The position numbers and the translations under genes were made by a program. Source: Octopus sinensis (lineage: Eukaryota). Taken from it: a DNA stretch of 64,000 nucleotides. The notes below the pieces were generated by a model. It saw only the letters and a program-made list of their open reading frames with translations. It had not been told where the DNA came from and did not search any database. The stretch lies in the NCBI RefSeq assembly GCF_006345805.1, contig NC_043004.1, positions 30,814,001-30,878,000 of the forward strand. The letters run 5' to 3'. Shown here one piece after another: positions 38,276 to 51,394 of the stretch (the stretch's first letter is position 1; each line of letters starts with the position of its first letter).

Positions 38276-39523
38276 ATTATAATAATAAGGGTTTTTTGCA
38301 ACGAGTTGCTTAAACCACATACCGAAAATATTAGAAATAGCAGCCAAAAGACTACTATTTCCTTTTACTGCAAAAATAAGTCTCCACAGACAACAATATT
38401 TGTAACTCACATAAGGCAAAAAAAAAGAAGAAAAACAATGAAATCACATAGTCTTCGGATTAATTATGGACGTACGTTTCTGGATTAGAATCGTAAGGTT
38501 CATTTCCTTTATCAACATAATATTTCCCATAAATCTAGAAATGCTAGGAAAACTTACCTCTTATATTTTTGATGATGCGACATCGAAAAAATAAAAGCCA
38601 GCCAGCATATCGACATTTAGTATAATTTCCATTTAAGTCTACTTATAAAGTTCTTTGTATTATTAATTAATTTACCCATCCCACCCAAAAAAGAATTCAA
38701 AATTAAATTAACGGCGGTGCCCCAGCATGGCCACAGCTCGTGAGCTGAAACTGGATGAAATGAAATGAAAAATGATGAAATGAAATATATATATATATAT
38801 ATATATTCTTTTATTTGTTTCAGTCATTAGGCTGCAGTCATGCTGGAGCAACACCTTGAATTTTTAGTCGGATGGATTGACTCCAGTACTTATTATTTTT
38901 TTAAGCCTGGTACTTATTCTATCAGTTTCTTTTGCCAAACTGCTAAGTTACAGGGACATAAACACACCAACATCAGTTGTCAAGCAATGGTGGGGGACAA
39001 ACACAGACACAAAGATATACATGCACACACACACACACACACACTCACACACACGCACACACACACATATTTATACACAATGGGCTTCTTTCAGTTTCTA
39101 TCACCCAAATGTACTCACAAGGCTTTGGTTGGCCCAGAGCTATAGAAGAAGACATTTGCCGAAGATGCCATGCAGTAGAACTGGACCTGGAAGCAAGCTT
39201 CTTTCTACACAGCCATGCCTGCACCTATATATCTTACATATAAATATATGTATATACATAAGAAATAACTTGACACACTTTACTAATTCGTTTTGGTTAC
39301 TTATTTTAGTCGATTTGTATATACCTTCCCTTGATAGGCCTTTCTATATATTTTATATTTTTATGTGCATATATATTTTTTACTTTCTGTGCTTTTATAT
39401 ATGTATTCCTTTTATATGTTGAAGGCCATGGTAATGTTTATATATGATTAAATGTATGGAAGCATGGTGTTATATAAAGTCATTGACTTGAATTTGATGT
39501 TTGTTCTCTAATCAATGTTTTTG

Positions 39524-39575
<52 letters not shown>

Positions 39576-39936
39576 TATGGGCTTCTTCAAGTTTCCATCT
39601 ACTAAATTCCCTCACAATGCTTTGGTCAGCCAGTGGCTATAGCAGAAGCCCAAGGTGCCACACAGCAGGACTGAACTCAGAACTATGTGGTTAGGAAGTA
39701 AGCATTCTTATCACATATCCATACCTGTGCCCATATGTGTGTGTATATACATACATACATACATACGTACATACATACATACATACATACATACATGCAT
39801 ATATGGATCAAAACAGTTTGATTCAAATTCGTTGGTACTCCAAGTTTCAAGCATGATGCTAATCTTCAGCCATTTTGAATTAAACATGTAACTCCCAACA
39901 AATGTGTTGAGTGCCCTTTTTTCATTTGTCTACTCA

Positions 39937-39992
<56 letters not shown>

Positions 39993-39997
39993 ATATC

Positions 39998-41261
39998 TTA
40001 GGTTGTCAAGTATGAAATTTGTAGAAAAGAAAAAAATGTTTGCTAATTTTTTATAAATACAAGGAATAGTTTTATTTATCAAAGTATGCACCCATATTGT
40101 TAATACATTTTTGCCACTTCAGCAATAGCTTGTTCAGCCTGGAACTGTAAAAGCAATCTAAAGCCAATAAAATATTAGAAGACCTGTTTTATAGCATCGT
40201 CAGAATTAAATTTTTTCCTACCAAAAAATTATCCAAATTCTGGAAGAAGTAGTCAGTGGGGGCAAGATCAGGTGAGTATGGTGGATGATGGTGAACTTCC
40301 AACTCCAACTCCTGTAGTTTTGCCAATGTCATTTTTGCAATGTGTGGTCTGGCGTTGTCTTGCAATAAAATAGAAGTGGATCTGTGGCCTAATCTAGGCT
40401 GTTTTTTTTTGTAAGTTTCTGCATCATTTGGTCTAGTTGGCTGCAGGATACTTCAGCCATGATTGATGAGCCAGGTTTAATGAAATCATAATAGATCACA
40501 CCTGTGCCAGACCACCAAACACACACCATCAGCTTCTTTTCATAAATTTTGCTTTTTGGACTGTTTTGGTGGATCGTCTTTGTTCAACTATTGGGCTGAA
40601 TGTTTATGGTTGTTGTATTGGATCTATTTCTGATCACATGTTACAATTCGATTCAAAAATGATTCATTTTTGTGACGAGAAAGTAGCATAATGCAGGCTT
40701 CTAAACGTTGCTGTTCCTGATTTTTATTGAGTTCATGTAGAACCCACTTATCCAACTTTTTCACTTTACTGATTTGAACTAGGTGAGTCAATATTGTTTG
40801 CTTGCTAACACAAAACAACAACGTTAATTCACGGTCACTTTGAGATGGATCTGACTTGACAGTGGTTTTCAGTTTGTCATTATCCACCTTTGTTTCTGGT
40901 TGACTGCATTGCTCATTTGTGTGGTCAAAGTTACCAGAATGAAATTTTGAAAACCAATTTGATGCTGTCTGCTGTGTAATAACATTAGAATGAAATACTC
41001 CATTAGTATTCCGAGCTGTCTATGATGCTGTATTTCCAAGAAAGAACTCATATTTCAAAACTGTATTAATTTCCAACTTATCCATCTCTAAACAAAAATA
41101 GCAAAAAACGATTTATAAATACTTTATAAAGCACAAAATGAGTTAAAATAAAGAAATAGATGTGTCAGCTTTTATAACAAAAACTAAAGATTGTCAAAAT
41201 ATAATAATGGTGCAAAATGAGCAGCTGTCAAAGTTTACCATATATCTTACTACAAACCTTA
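39998..41261 (-). pseudogene. Near full-length decayed mariner (cecropia/Hsmar1-like)
   Basis: TTAGGTTG...AACCTTA ends about 1.26 kb apart; VKKLDKWVLHELN...FLNRIVTCDQK; LQDNARPH; HHPPYSPDLAPTDY. Confidence 0.88.
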
Positions 41262-41530
41262 TATATACATACACACACACACACAGATTATCATTGTTTT
41301 AGTATCTACTTTTCAATGCTTACATGACTCAGATGACATTTGGTGAGACAGATTTTCAACAGCTGGATGCTCTTCCTCTTACCATTTTACCTGTTTCCAA
41401 GTAAAGTAATATTTTCCTTCATCCAGACATATTTTCACAGAAGATTGCAAATATCATCATATGTATGACAGGAAAGGTTCTTAATAACTAACATGTAATC
41501 TCATGACAAGAACACACACACACTCACTCA

Positions 41531-41625
<95 letters not shown>

Positions 41626-44559
41626 TCATATCATGCAACAACAAACTTCTTTTGATTTTTGCCAACCAAATTCACAGACAAAGCTTTGGTCGCCTCAGGA
41701 CTATAATAGAAGACACTTGCCCAATGTGCTGTGCAGTGGGACTGAACCTAAAACCAAATAGCTGCAAAGTGAAATCGGCAACTACACAGCAATGTCTGTA
41801 TGTATGTGCATGTGCGTGTATATGCACGTGTACATATTGTGCATGTATGTACATATGTATGCATGTGTATGTATGTGTGGAGGGGTGCATGTGTGTAAAC
41901 TATATAAGTAGAATAAAAACTGAAATTAATTTTCTTGCCCAAGAATTGAACCCCAAATCTGTCAGTTTGTAGCCTGTTTACTATCTCAGCAAGAGCTCTA
42001 CTGTTTGATTCTTATGAGAAAAGTTCTTAACATTCTCCTGATTGATATTTATGATCTGAGCATGTATTGGAACACTGTGATAGCATTTTAGTAAAGGAAG
42101 AATGGTGTAGCTGTTTGCTAAAAACAGCAGATACATCTTCTGATTATACATTAAACCAGATTAAAATACAAGGGAATATGCTGCATTTGAAACACATGCC
42201 AACATGGAATATATGACCATGATGATGATGATGATGAAGAGGAAGAAGACGAACATGTACATGCATACATATGCACATACATACCTGAATGCATGTAAAT
42301 GTGCACATTTTTATGCATTCATGTACATGCATGTGTATGTGTGAGTGTGTGTACGCCTATATGCAAGTGTGTATATATTACACACAACATACGCACGCAT
42401 GCATACACACACACACATATAAATACCAGTCGATATGTACGCGTATATGTACGTGTGCACATCAGTATGATTATGTGTACAAACCAATGCGTATATGTAT
42501 TTGTGAGTGTGTGTGTGTGTCTGTGTTTCAGTTTGAATATGTACATACCAGTCAGTATGTACATGTATGGGCATGTAAATGTGTGCATGTCTGTGTGTGT
42601 GAGCATGTATACGTGTATATGCATTCTATGCAACAGAAAGCTGCTCTTTTTCTCTCTGTTTTAGCTGTGCTTTTTTATCACATTTAACATTTGATTCAGT
42701 TTCCACATATAATATAATGTTTTATAAAAATGACAGGACTTCATTTGTCTTCTATTCTGCATACAACTTGCAAATCTACATTGCAGCACCCTGTAGGTGC
42801 TGCTGCTGCTGCTATATGCAGAGTGAATGTTACCTGTTTGTAGCTGGCTTTGCTATTAGTTCTGGAAAATGTTGTTCTGTAGAAATGGATATTTTCTTTT
42901 ATTATTGCATCACATGATGTTTGTATAGTATAGCACCACAAGAATAGAACCAGATGTTTTCAACATATATTGCTGATCAATGATGAATAAGGAAAATATT
43001 ATTAAGAAATCAATTTTTCTTTCTTTTTTTTTTGTAGCATAGAATGATTCCTCATTTGATGTGGCTAAAATATTATCAAAATACCCTTGGGTGATGTGGC
43101 ATTTTCAAATTCCTCAGTTAAAAATATTCCATGCACTAATTTAGATCTTTAAGTATTTTGATCATATTCTTCAACTTATCATTTGAAAACAACCAGAAAT
43201 TTATTATTTGCATACAAGAAATAATGAAGATGAAATTTAAATCAATATGAGCAAAAATGGCTGATAGCTTTAATTTGATTATTTAAATATTTCATAAAGA
43301 CCCAAGTATTCTGTTGTTTTTCTCTGTAATGGTTACATTGCAAACTAAATTCTATGTAACAACAATTATTGCTAGTCTTCAGACCAGAAGTTGAAATAAA
43401 ATTATAGATTTATCTGAGTAAAGTCCAAGAACTATATCTGATTCCTTAGACTTCTTCACTTTTTACAATGACCAAAGCAATTGACATCAACAAACTCTTA
43501 CAGATTTATCAAATCTCAGATTAAAATATGTATAAACTCTGTAGTATTCATAAGTGATCAAGCTAATTAAAATAAGAAATAGTTTGTGTAATATGAGTCT
43601 CTAAGTTGGTGGCTTCAATCAGCTACCTTACTATGATGCATCATGCAACTTCTCTAAAGAGACGGCTAGTCAACAAAGATATTGGCTGGACTAAAATTTA
43701 AAGAATAACATTTTTAAAATAATGAAGGAACTCATATTTGAATCTCTTTGATGTGTCCTTTGGTTCTGCATAATCACCTTGTTTACATACAAACATATTC
43801 TTCAATCACTTTAAAGGTTGATCTTTAAAATGTAAAGCTGTTCTCCTTCATTTTTATAAAATATATTCTTTGGCTAAAGAATGGATAAAGTTTAGTTTGA
43901 TGCAAACAGAGCAGTTTGAAGAAATTAGAGATCTGCATTGATAAAAACCATTTCAATAAAGTTTACAAAATTAGATGTTTGTTTGGCAAGATGAAGAGAA
44001 TATTTTGGAATATGTTTAAGAATCTTGGAGTAGCCATTTGTTGGAATATGCTTAAGAATCCTGAAGTGGCTCTACTTAATTATTGTTGATTTATCAACTG
44101 TGAGAGGGAATAAAATACGAACAACCACACTGACCTCAAAGAAATACTCAGATATCAAAAACGGTTCAGAACTTTATAGATTAGAAACATTTCTCTCGAT
44201 ATAAGTATTTCACCCTGACTTTTGAAAACATGGTTGGGTAATTAGAGAGAATGTCAGATAAGTCAGCTAAAAGTTAGTGGTTCATATTCTGTTACAGACA
44301 CTATATTGTGTCCTTAAACACAACACTTCAACCATTAAATGGCCCAGTCCACTTAACCGTAAGCAAACAATAAAATGTAAACTCAACTGCAAGCAGTGGT
44401 CTCATTGCAAAATTTATTTCAAACATTAGTAAAAGGCTTCAGATTTGCAATAGGATTTAATTAATTAAAATCACTATAGTTTCTGATTAGTATTTTATTG
44501 ACCCCAAATAATTAGTGGATTAAGAAATCCTCAGCATTCCTGACACATATCTTCCATTC

Positions 44560-44900
44560 TTTCTATCATCAATGACATTTTTAAGTTCTTGTATAGTGCA
44601 TCCAATATCTTCAAATAATCGGTTGATGTAGTTTTTTGCTAGTCTACCTCATTCCCATTTGCCATGAAAAGGTTACCACAGAAGAACTCCAACCACTAGC
44701 TTCACCTTGTTATACAAGCAGTGACCAATAAATCTCAGTCAGTGCTTTTGTATTGAGATGTTTTGGTATAGCTCGTTTTTAGTCGTCTTGACATGATGAG
44801 ATATCTTGAACAGCATGGAACATTCTGTGGTACATGCCATTTAGATTTTTCTTCATGGGAGATGTGAGGATCGATGGTATCAAGCCATAAACCAAATAGA
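44560..44900 (-). mobile_element. Old RTE-like LINE 3' fragment
   Basis: Minus strand GHCLYNKVKLVVGVLLW*PFHGK..GRLAKNYINRLFEDIG resembles RTE ORF C-termini. Confidence 0.5.
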
Positions 44901-45415
44901 TGAAAGGTAGAATTGACTTTTATGGGATTTGAGGTCAGAATGTAAAAAAACCAAGGTATTCGACCATATCTACCAATGTTCCCAGCTCACAGTAAAAGTA
45001 ACAAGTATGTAGTGTTTAGTTCCATCCCTCCTAGAAGTCTGGAGGTGTTAGCCCAACACCCAACCACTTCAGTCTGCCATAAACTTTACTTCTATTTACA
45101 TGCAAGCTGTGTATGGGGTAATGATTAATGTGATGGTTGGTGAGTCACAACATGTTCTATGTTAAACTCATCACACACACTACTAGGAGAATATATTCTC
45201 TAGAAGACAGAGAGAAAGAACCAACACCCCCTCCACTTTTAATGAATGTTATTAATGAGATTCCAATAGTGATATTTGGTGTCCAATTATTCACGATGAA
45301 TACTAAATAGCTATCAACACGTCTCCAGACAAAAATAACATCTGGAGACCATTAAACTGATTGGTGAGGCCAAGAGTGAGTGATGATCATATCTTTAGAC
45401 AATAGATGACAATGC

Positions 45416-45457
<42 letters not shown>

Positions 45458-46778
45458 ACATACACACATATATATATATATATGTGTGTGTGTATGTTCA
45501 TAAATATATATGTATGTACATATGATGTATTTCATATATATATATATATAGGAATAACATTTTAATTTAGTTAGATGAAGTTATTAAAAATGTGTGTGAA
45601 GAATTTAATTTAAAGTCGGTTGTTCTTTTCAAGTAATAACAATGCAGTGTCAACTTCAGTTAATACTTCAATGCTATCAGCAATAAACTAAATTAACTTC
45701 CCACTGTTCAATATATTGCTTATAGAATACTGTTCAATATATTGCTAATAGAATAATAGAAGGGACAAAGACAGAAAGTTAAATTGAACAACTTAATTTT
45801 GAATTGTTGTCTTTTAAATAATATCAGAAATTGGAGATATTTTAACGAGCCTTGCCTATTTCGCTTTCTAGTGGGCATCAATTAAATAAGATAATAACGA
45901 GCTTATTGTATCCAGTGCTCAGGTGCAGCACAACTCATTGGGAAAGGTTAAAAGAGGGGAAAGAGGGCAGACACATAAGTCAAGTAAAGAAAGACAGGAA
46001 TGCAATCTAGAATTATGTGCATAGTACATAGAAAAACACACAAAACAATTGGAAAGTGAACATTGATAGAATCGTAAGAGGTACATAGACACATCTAGAG
46101 TAGCGTTGGTGAATTTCAGGAAATATAGAATTTTTGAAAATAAATTTTGTCCAAAGATATTCGTCCATTGAACACATTTTAGCTTTCCTTTTGGAATGGT
46201 GTGAAGGTGTAGTTGATGTAACGTTGAATTATCAGGTGAATCGATTTAAAGTTGACTTCAGTTACATAACAATGCAGTTTGAAATGGTTATAATCATTTA
46301 GATTAACCTCCCCAGTATTTCACTGGTACTTTATTTTAACAACCTTGGAAGGATGAAAGGCAAAGTCCATTTCATTGAGATTCAAACTTAGGTCAAGCCA
46401 TAAAGGAGGAAAGAGACCTTCAGAAAGATTACATGATGTGCTAGAGTTTTACCCATTATATAATGGGCAACTTTGGAAGTATTCTTTTGCTATTATGGAT
46501 AATTTTAGGTAATATAGCACACACACAATAATTATAACATCACTTTTATTAAAATTTTTGGTTTTTATACAAAATGATGAAAAGAATACTAATTTTCAAA
46601 CAAAGAATATTTATTACCATAAAATAAAATTAAATAAAACAAATTTCTCATTTGTATAACTCCTCCCATAACTACTATGTTATTTGCTCCTTCTGCCTCC
46701 TCCTCATCCTCCTCTTCTTTCTCAGTCAATGAGTCTTTCTTTCTACGCATCCTTCACTTCTAGTGCTAACTCTCTCTA

Positions 46779-46859
<81 letters not shown>

Positions 46860-47095
46860 ATATATTTTGTAAAGCAAGACTGAAGAAATCATATATCAGC
46901 TATTATTATGTGAAAATTGTATATACCCCTGGTGGTGAGCTTCAGTGTGAGAGTAGTAAAGCTACTCTCCCCACAGCTAGCTTTCTTTGATGCTTCAAGG
47001 GTATGGGGTCATAACAAGCAAACTATTTCGCCTCTCTCCCTCTCTTGCTCTCTCTCCTCTCCTTCTCTCTACCTACTTACCTAACTATCTATCTA

Positions 47096-47545
47096 TCTTC
47101 CAAAATTCGCTTGTCCGTGATGAAAAATACTCCTTCAGTACTACTCTCACCTCATCTACAGAATTCATATTTTTTCCATCTAAATGATTTTGAAGACTGC
47201 AGAACAAATGATAATCAGATGGGACTATGTCTGGCGAATATGGTGGGTGGGGCATCGTTTCCCATTCAAACTGCTCCAGCCTTTGGAATGTCATCTTTGC
47301 TGTATGCGGCCAAGCATTATCCTGATGGAAGAACACCTTTTGTCTTGAAACCAAAAATGGTTGTTTTTTCTTCTAGTGCTGACTTAAGATGCTCAAGCTG
47401 CTCACAGTAGATCTTTGATATCGCTTGGTTTGGGTTTAAAAGTTAAAAGTGGACTAAACTTTTCATATCCCATCAAACAGATAACAACACCTTATGTGAG
47501 TGAAGACCTTCTTTAGCCTGGGGTGCTGATGTTTCTCCTTCCTGT
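47096..47545 (-). pseudogene. Mariner transposase catalytic C-terminal fragment
   Basis: FFHQDNAWPHTAK...MPHPPYSPDIVPSDYHLFCSLQNHL, the DD34D region. Confidence 0.9.
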
Positions 47546-47879
47546 TCTTTTAATTAAAATCAAAAGACATAAAATGATATATAGAGAGAGAGAGTAAAAA
47601 TATACATATATACATATTTACAGACATTTTGATGGATGCCCGTTGACTATTCAGGAGTTCATCCGTCCTTTGACAGGTCTTAATTTTCAATCCACAGGGT
47701 GTCCAACAACATTCTCCTCACCAAGCAAGCCTGTTGGGGTTACCAGTTTAGTCACCGACAATCCGACCATGCAACAGGTTGTACTGGGTTACATGTTACC
47801 AGTAGCACTCAAGATCAACCTGACAATAATTTTGTAAGGAAACTAGATAGGTGAAACCTTCAAATTGGAAATAGCATGA

Positions 47880-48225
47880 AAACACGTTTAAAGAATATTT
47901 TATATTTATTACACTGAGTGACTTTTATAAAATGCTACCAGTTTCGATGTGTATGTTCATCTTAACAAACATTACGAACTGAAATTAAAAAATTAGGGAA
48001 TAAGAAAAAAATTAGAAATTAAAATCAGTTTGTTCTCATATTTTGTGCATAGTTAAGTACATGTTCTTAACTATGCACTAAATGTGAGAACAAACTATCC
48101 TTAATTTCCAATTTTTTCTAATTCTCTAATTTTTGACTTTCAGTTCTTAATGTTCAAAATCGGTAGCATTTTATAAAAGTCACTCAATGCAACAAATGTA
48201 AAACATTCTTTAAATACACTTTTGT
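47880..48225. repeat. About 340-bp diverged palindrome centred near 48061
   Basis: GAGTGACTTTTATAAAATGCTACC / GGTAGCATTTTATAAAAGTCACTC and GTGCATAGTTAAG / CTTAACTATGCAC arm pairs. Confidence 0.85.
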
Positions 48226-49996
48226 GCAGTTTATACCTTTATTTTTTAATTATATATATGTATGTATAAAGAGCACCACAAAGTTTGCATATGATGTAAT
48301 ATATAAGGTTTTACGATGTGCAACAGAAATTCTATGTAATATGATATTGTGACTTCAGGTGGTGAACTGACAGAATTGTTTGCATGCTGGCAAAATGCTA
48401 GGTGGCATTTCACCCCTCTCTATGCTCTGAGCTCAAATTCCACTGAGGTCAACTTTGCCCTTTATCTTTTGGAGTTGATAAAATAAGTACCAGCTGAGCA
48501 CTATGATCAATGAAGTCAACTTACCCCTGTTCACAAAATTGCTTGGCTTGTGCCAAAATTTGAAACCAATATGAAATTGTGACTTAGGCTTTCCTATGTA
48601 CATTCAAGAGCCAGTGTAAAACACCCATTAGTGTTTCCCTCTCTCTTCCCTCTCCTATTAGCTTACTATCACATCTTCTGTCTCACCTTCACATATAATT
48701 GACCATTACATTCGCCATGAATAGATACATTTTACAATGCTCATTTCTGTACCCTGTTAGCATCTTTTATAATTTTTATCTTTTTATCACCTTCTTACCT
48801 ATCCCCAATCTGTTATAAAATATGGTCTGCTATGATATAAGGTCTGTGAAGCATCTGCAATGCATCTCTGAAATTGGCTGGCCTAATCACATACTTCTTT
48901 CACATTTAATTTTTTTTTTCCTTTTGTCAGATATCAGGCTTCCTTTGATCTTGCCTGCATAGCCATTTTCTCTAACTCTTAATTTTATAGCTGATTTGTA
49001 TTTTTTATTTCTTTGGTCTTAACTGACATCTTATAAATAACAAAGTCCCCTCAACCACATCACCCTTCCCCTTCCTCTCCCCTTTCCCTAACTTTGTACT
49101 TGTTACTATAACCCTTCCTCTATTCTTCTTATCTTTCTAATTTTATTGAAGCTACACATATTTATAAACTGTTCTCATCTTAACAATTTGCCTGTCTTCT
49201 GACGAGGATAACGTGACTTTGTCCTACAGATCTCTCACAGGTATGCCAGACCATACAGCCACAATATCATTGGACTTCATTATATAATATGCATGGTCAT
49301 AGTATCAGTTGTAATGATAACACTTGATAACATCATGTACTTGAACATGTGAACACATTCCTTGAGTATACTAATGTTTGTCTATTTGTCTTGCTTTCAT
49401 ACTCCTTTGGCAAAGTTTATTCTTAATGCTGACTTCCTACCTCAGCATTACCTGCTTCAGATGAGGGAGCTGAAGTTTAAGGTTTATATTTATCTTAGTA
49501 TTACTCTACAACCATCTATAACATGCTTACTTTAGCATTCTATAATATATTCAGTCAAGATATGTGTCACATCGTTGTACTCAAGAAGACCTGCCCACCA
49601 CGACAGAATTTCGATCTTAAAACCAAGGCACATAAAAAACATTAGTGTAGGTGCTGGTACCCCATAAAAAGCACCCAGTAACTCTATAAAGAACATCCAG
49701 CTGTAGAAACCAAGCCAAAGCAATTATGGGAGTTGGTGCAGCTCCTGGCCTTACCAGTTCCTGTCAAACCATCTAACCTATGCCAGCATGGAAAACAAAC
49801 GTCAGATCTTGATAATGATGATGAGGATATATATAGATATAGATATAGGAATAATGATTCCAAAAATCAAACAGATCTCGTATTAAGCTCTCTACCAAGT
49901 GCATGAGTGCAAGGCTAACAAGAATGATCTTGGTGGAGGTTAGAATAAACTTTTGTGTCATCCTGAAAATCTATGAATAGTGAAAAGATTATGAAC

Positions 49997-50262
49997 TGAA
50001 TAGATAAGAGAAGTGAGGTGAGAGAACAGGTATTTATTCCATTCATTTACAGCTGTCTCATTATCTTGTTAGTTGTATAACTGAGGTTACATAAGCATTT
50101 TCACGATTGTATATATGGGTGCACATATGCCAATATATTTGTATGCATACTTTTTATACATGAGAAAGGTGTTATCTATTATACAACTAACAAGATTATG
50201 AAACAGGTGTAAACAAATCGAATAAGCATGTATTCTCTCACATCACTTCTTTATTCTATTCA
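49997..50262. repeat. Diverged inverted repeat (arms about 84 bp, spacer about 100 bp)
   Basis: ATCTTGTTAGTTGTATAA / TTATACAACTAACAAGAT and AGAAGTGAGGTGAGAGAA / TTCTCTCACATCACTTCT. Confidence 0.8.
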
Positions 50263-50263
50263 C

Positions 50264-50309
<46 letters not shown>

Positions 50310-50386
50310 CACATAGTTCTCGGTTCAGTCCTATTGCATGGGACCTAGAGTGTCTTCTGCTATAGCCTCAGGCCAACCAAAGCTTC

Positions 50387-50432
<46 letters not shown>

Positions 50433-50434
<2 letters not shown>

Positions 50435-50907
50435 CAATGATAAATATCAAAGTGAGTTATATACAGTAGCGGTAACACATCGTGACGTATTTTTGAAAAA
50501 TACTACAGTAGCATCCACCCTTAGGGGTTAGCCATATTGAAATGGCAAAAATACGTCACGATGTGTTACCGCTACTGTATATAACTCACTTTGATATTTA
50601 TCATTGTTTGATTTCACTTTTTCAATATCAGCGACAGTGGACGCTGGAAAAAGTATAAGTATTTGTGAAGGAAATCTAATTCTCGGCGACAACTATGATT
50701 GTCACACACTGACGAGAGGTCAATACCTCGAAACTCGAGTCCGTGTGTATCATAAGTTGAAGACGGGAAGGATGACTTCCCTTTGCAAATACTGACAGGA
50801 CACAGATAGTGTGTCTATGGCCAGCTGGAGGAGTGTGTCCTCCTGGGGCTAAATACTACAGTAGCATCCACCCTTAGGGGTTAGCCATATTGAAATGGCA
50901 AAAATAC

Positions 50908-50912
<5 letters not shown>
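50433..50912 (+). mobile_element. Retrozyme-like non-autonomous element: 353-bp unit, 62-bp terminal redundancy, 63-bp inverted 5' arm, one hammerhead
   Basis: Direct repeat 50498-50559 = 50851-50912 (1 mismatch); perfect inverted repeat 50433-50495 / 50546-50608; flanked both sides by (TA)n; no credible ORF. Confidence 0.75.
50690..50759 (+). ncRNA. Type I hammerhead ribozyme motif with extended stem I
   Basis: CTGACGA (50709-50715); stem II GAGGT-CAAT-ACCTC; GAAA (50730-50733); palindromic stem III ACTCGAGT; GTC triplet ending at 50741. Stem I CACAC/GTGTG has an A-C mismatch next to the core, then an internal loop, then CAACTATGAT/ATCATAAGTTG. Confidence 0.85.
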
Positions 50913-50959
<47 letters not shown>

Positions 50960-51394
50960 GTGTGTGTGTGTTTGTGTCTCTGTCCCAGATCACTGCTTCA
51001 CAACTGACATTGATGTATTCATATCCCTGTAACTTAGCAGCTTGGCAAAAGAGACTGATAGAATGAAGACCAAATTTAAAAATAAGAATTACCTGAAGAT
51101 AAAACAATGCAACTTCAATCAAATAAAGAAGATATTGTGTAGCGAAATCATCAATGAGCCTTTGTTATTATTTAGCCTCAGCTCAGCCTTGATCCAGTCG
51201 GCCAATATTCCAGACATGACAATCCCATTTATTTAGCATTTAGTTGGATTATTCAATGTTATTTTTCTAAGACAATGGTGGTGCCCCAGCATGGCATCAT
51301 ATAATGACTGAAACAAGCAGAAAGTAAAAGATAAAAGATAAATTAAACATATACATATATAATTATGATAATAAATATGTATAAAGCAATATCT

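Noticed and set aside
42834-42876. Minus-strand 43-nt micro-exon (TTTCTACAG...CAG|GTAACA)
   Set aside because: Weak polypyrimidine tract, no recognisable peptide, and competing + strand readings; not supportable from sequence alone.
49199-49240. CTGACGA followed by the hairpin GGATAA...TTGTCC
   Set aside because: No GAAA box follows; too eroded to call a hammerhead, though it may be a relic.
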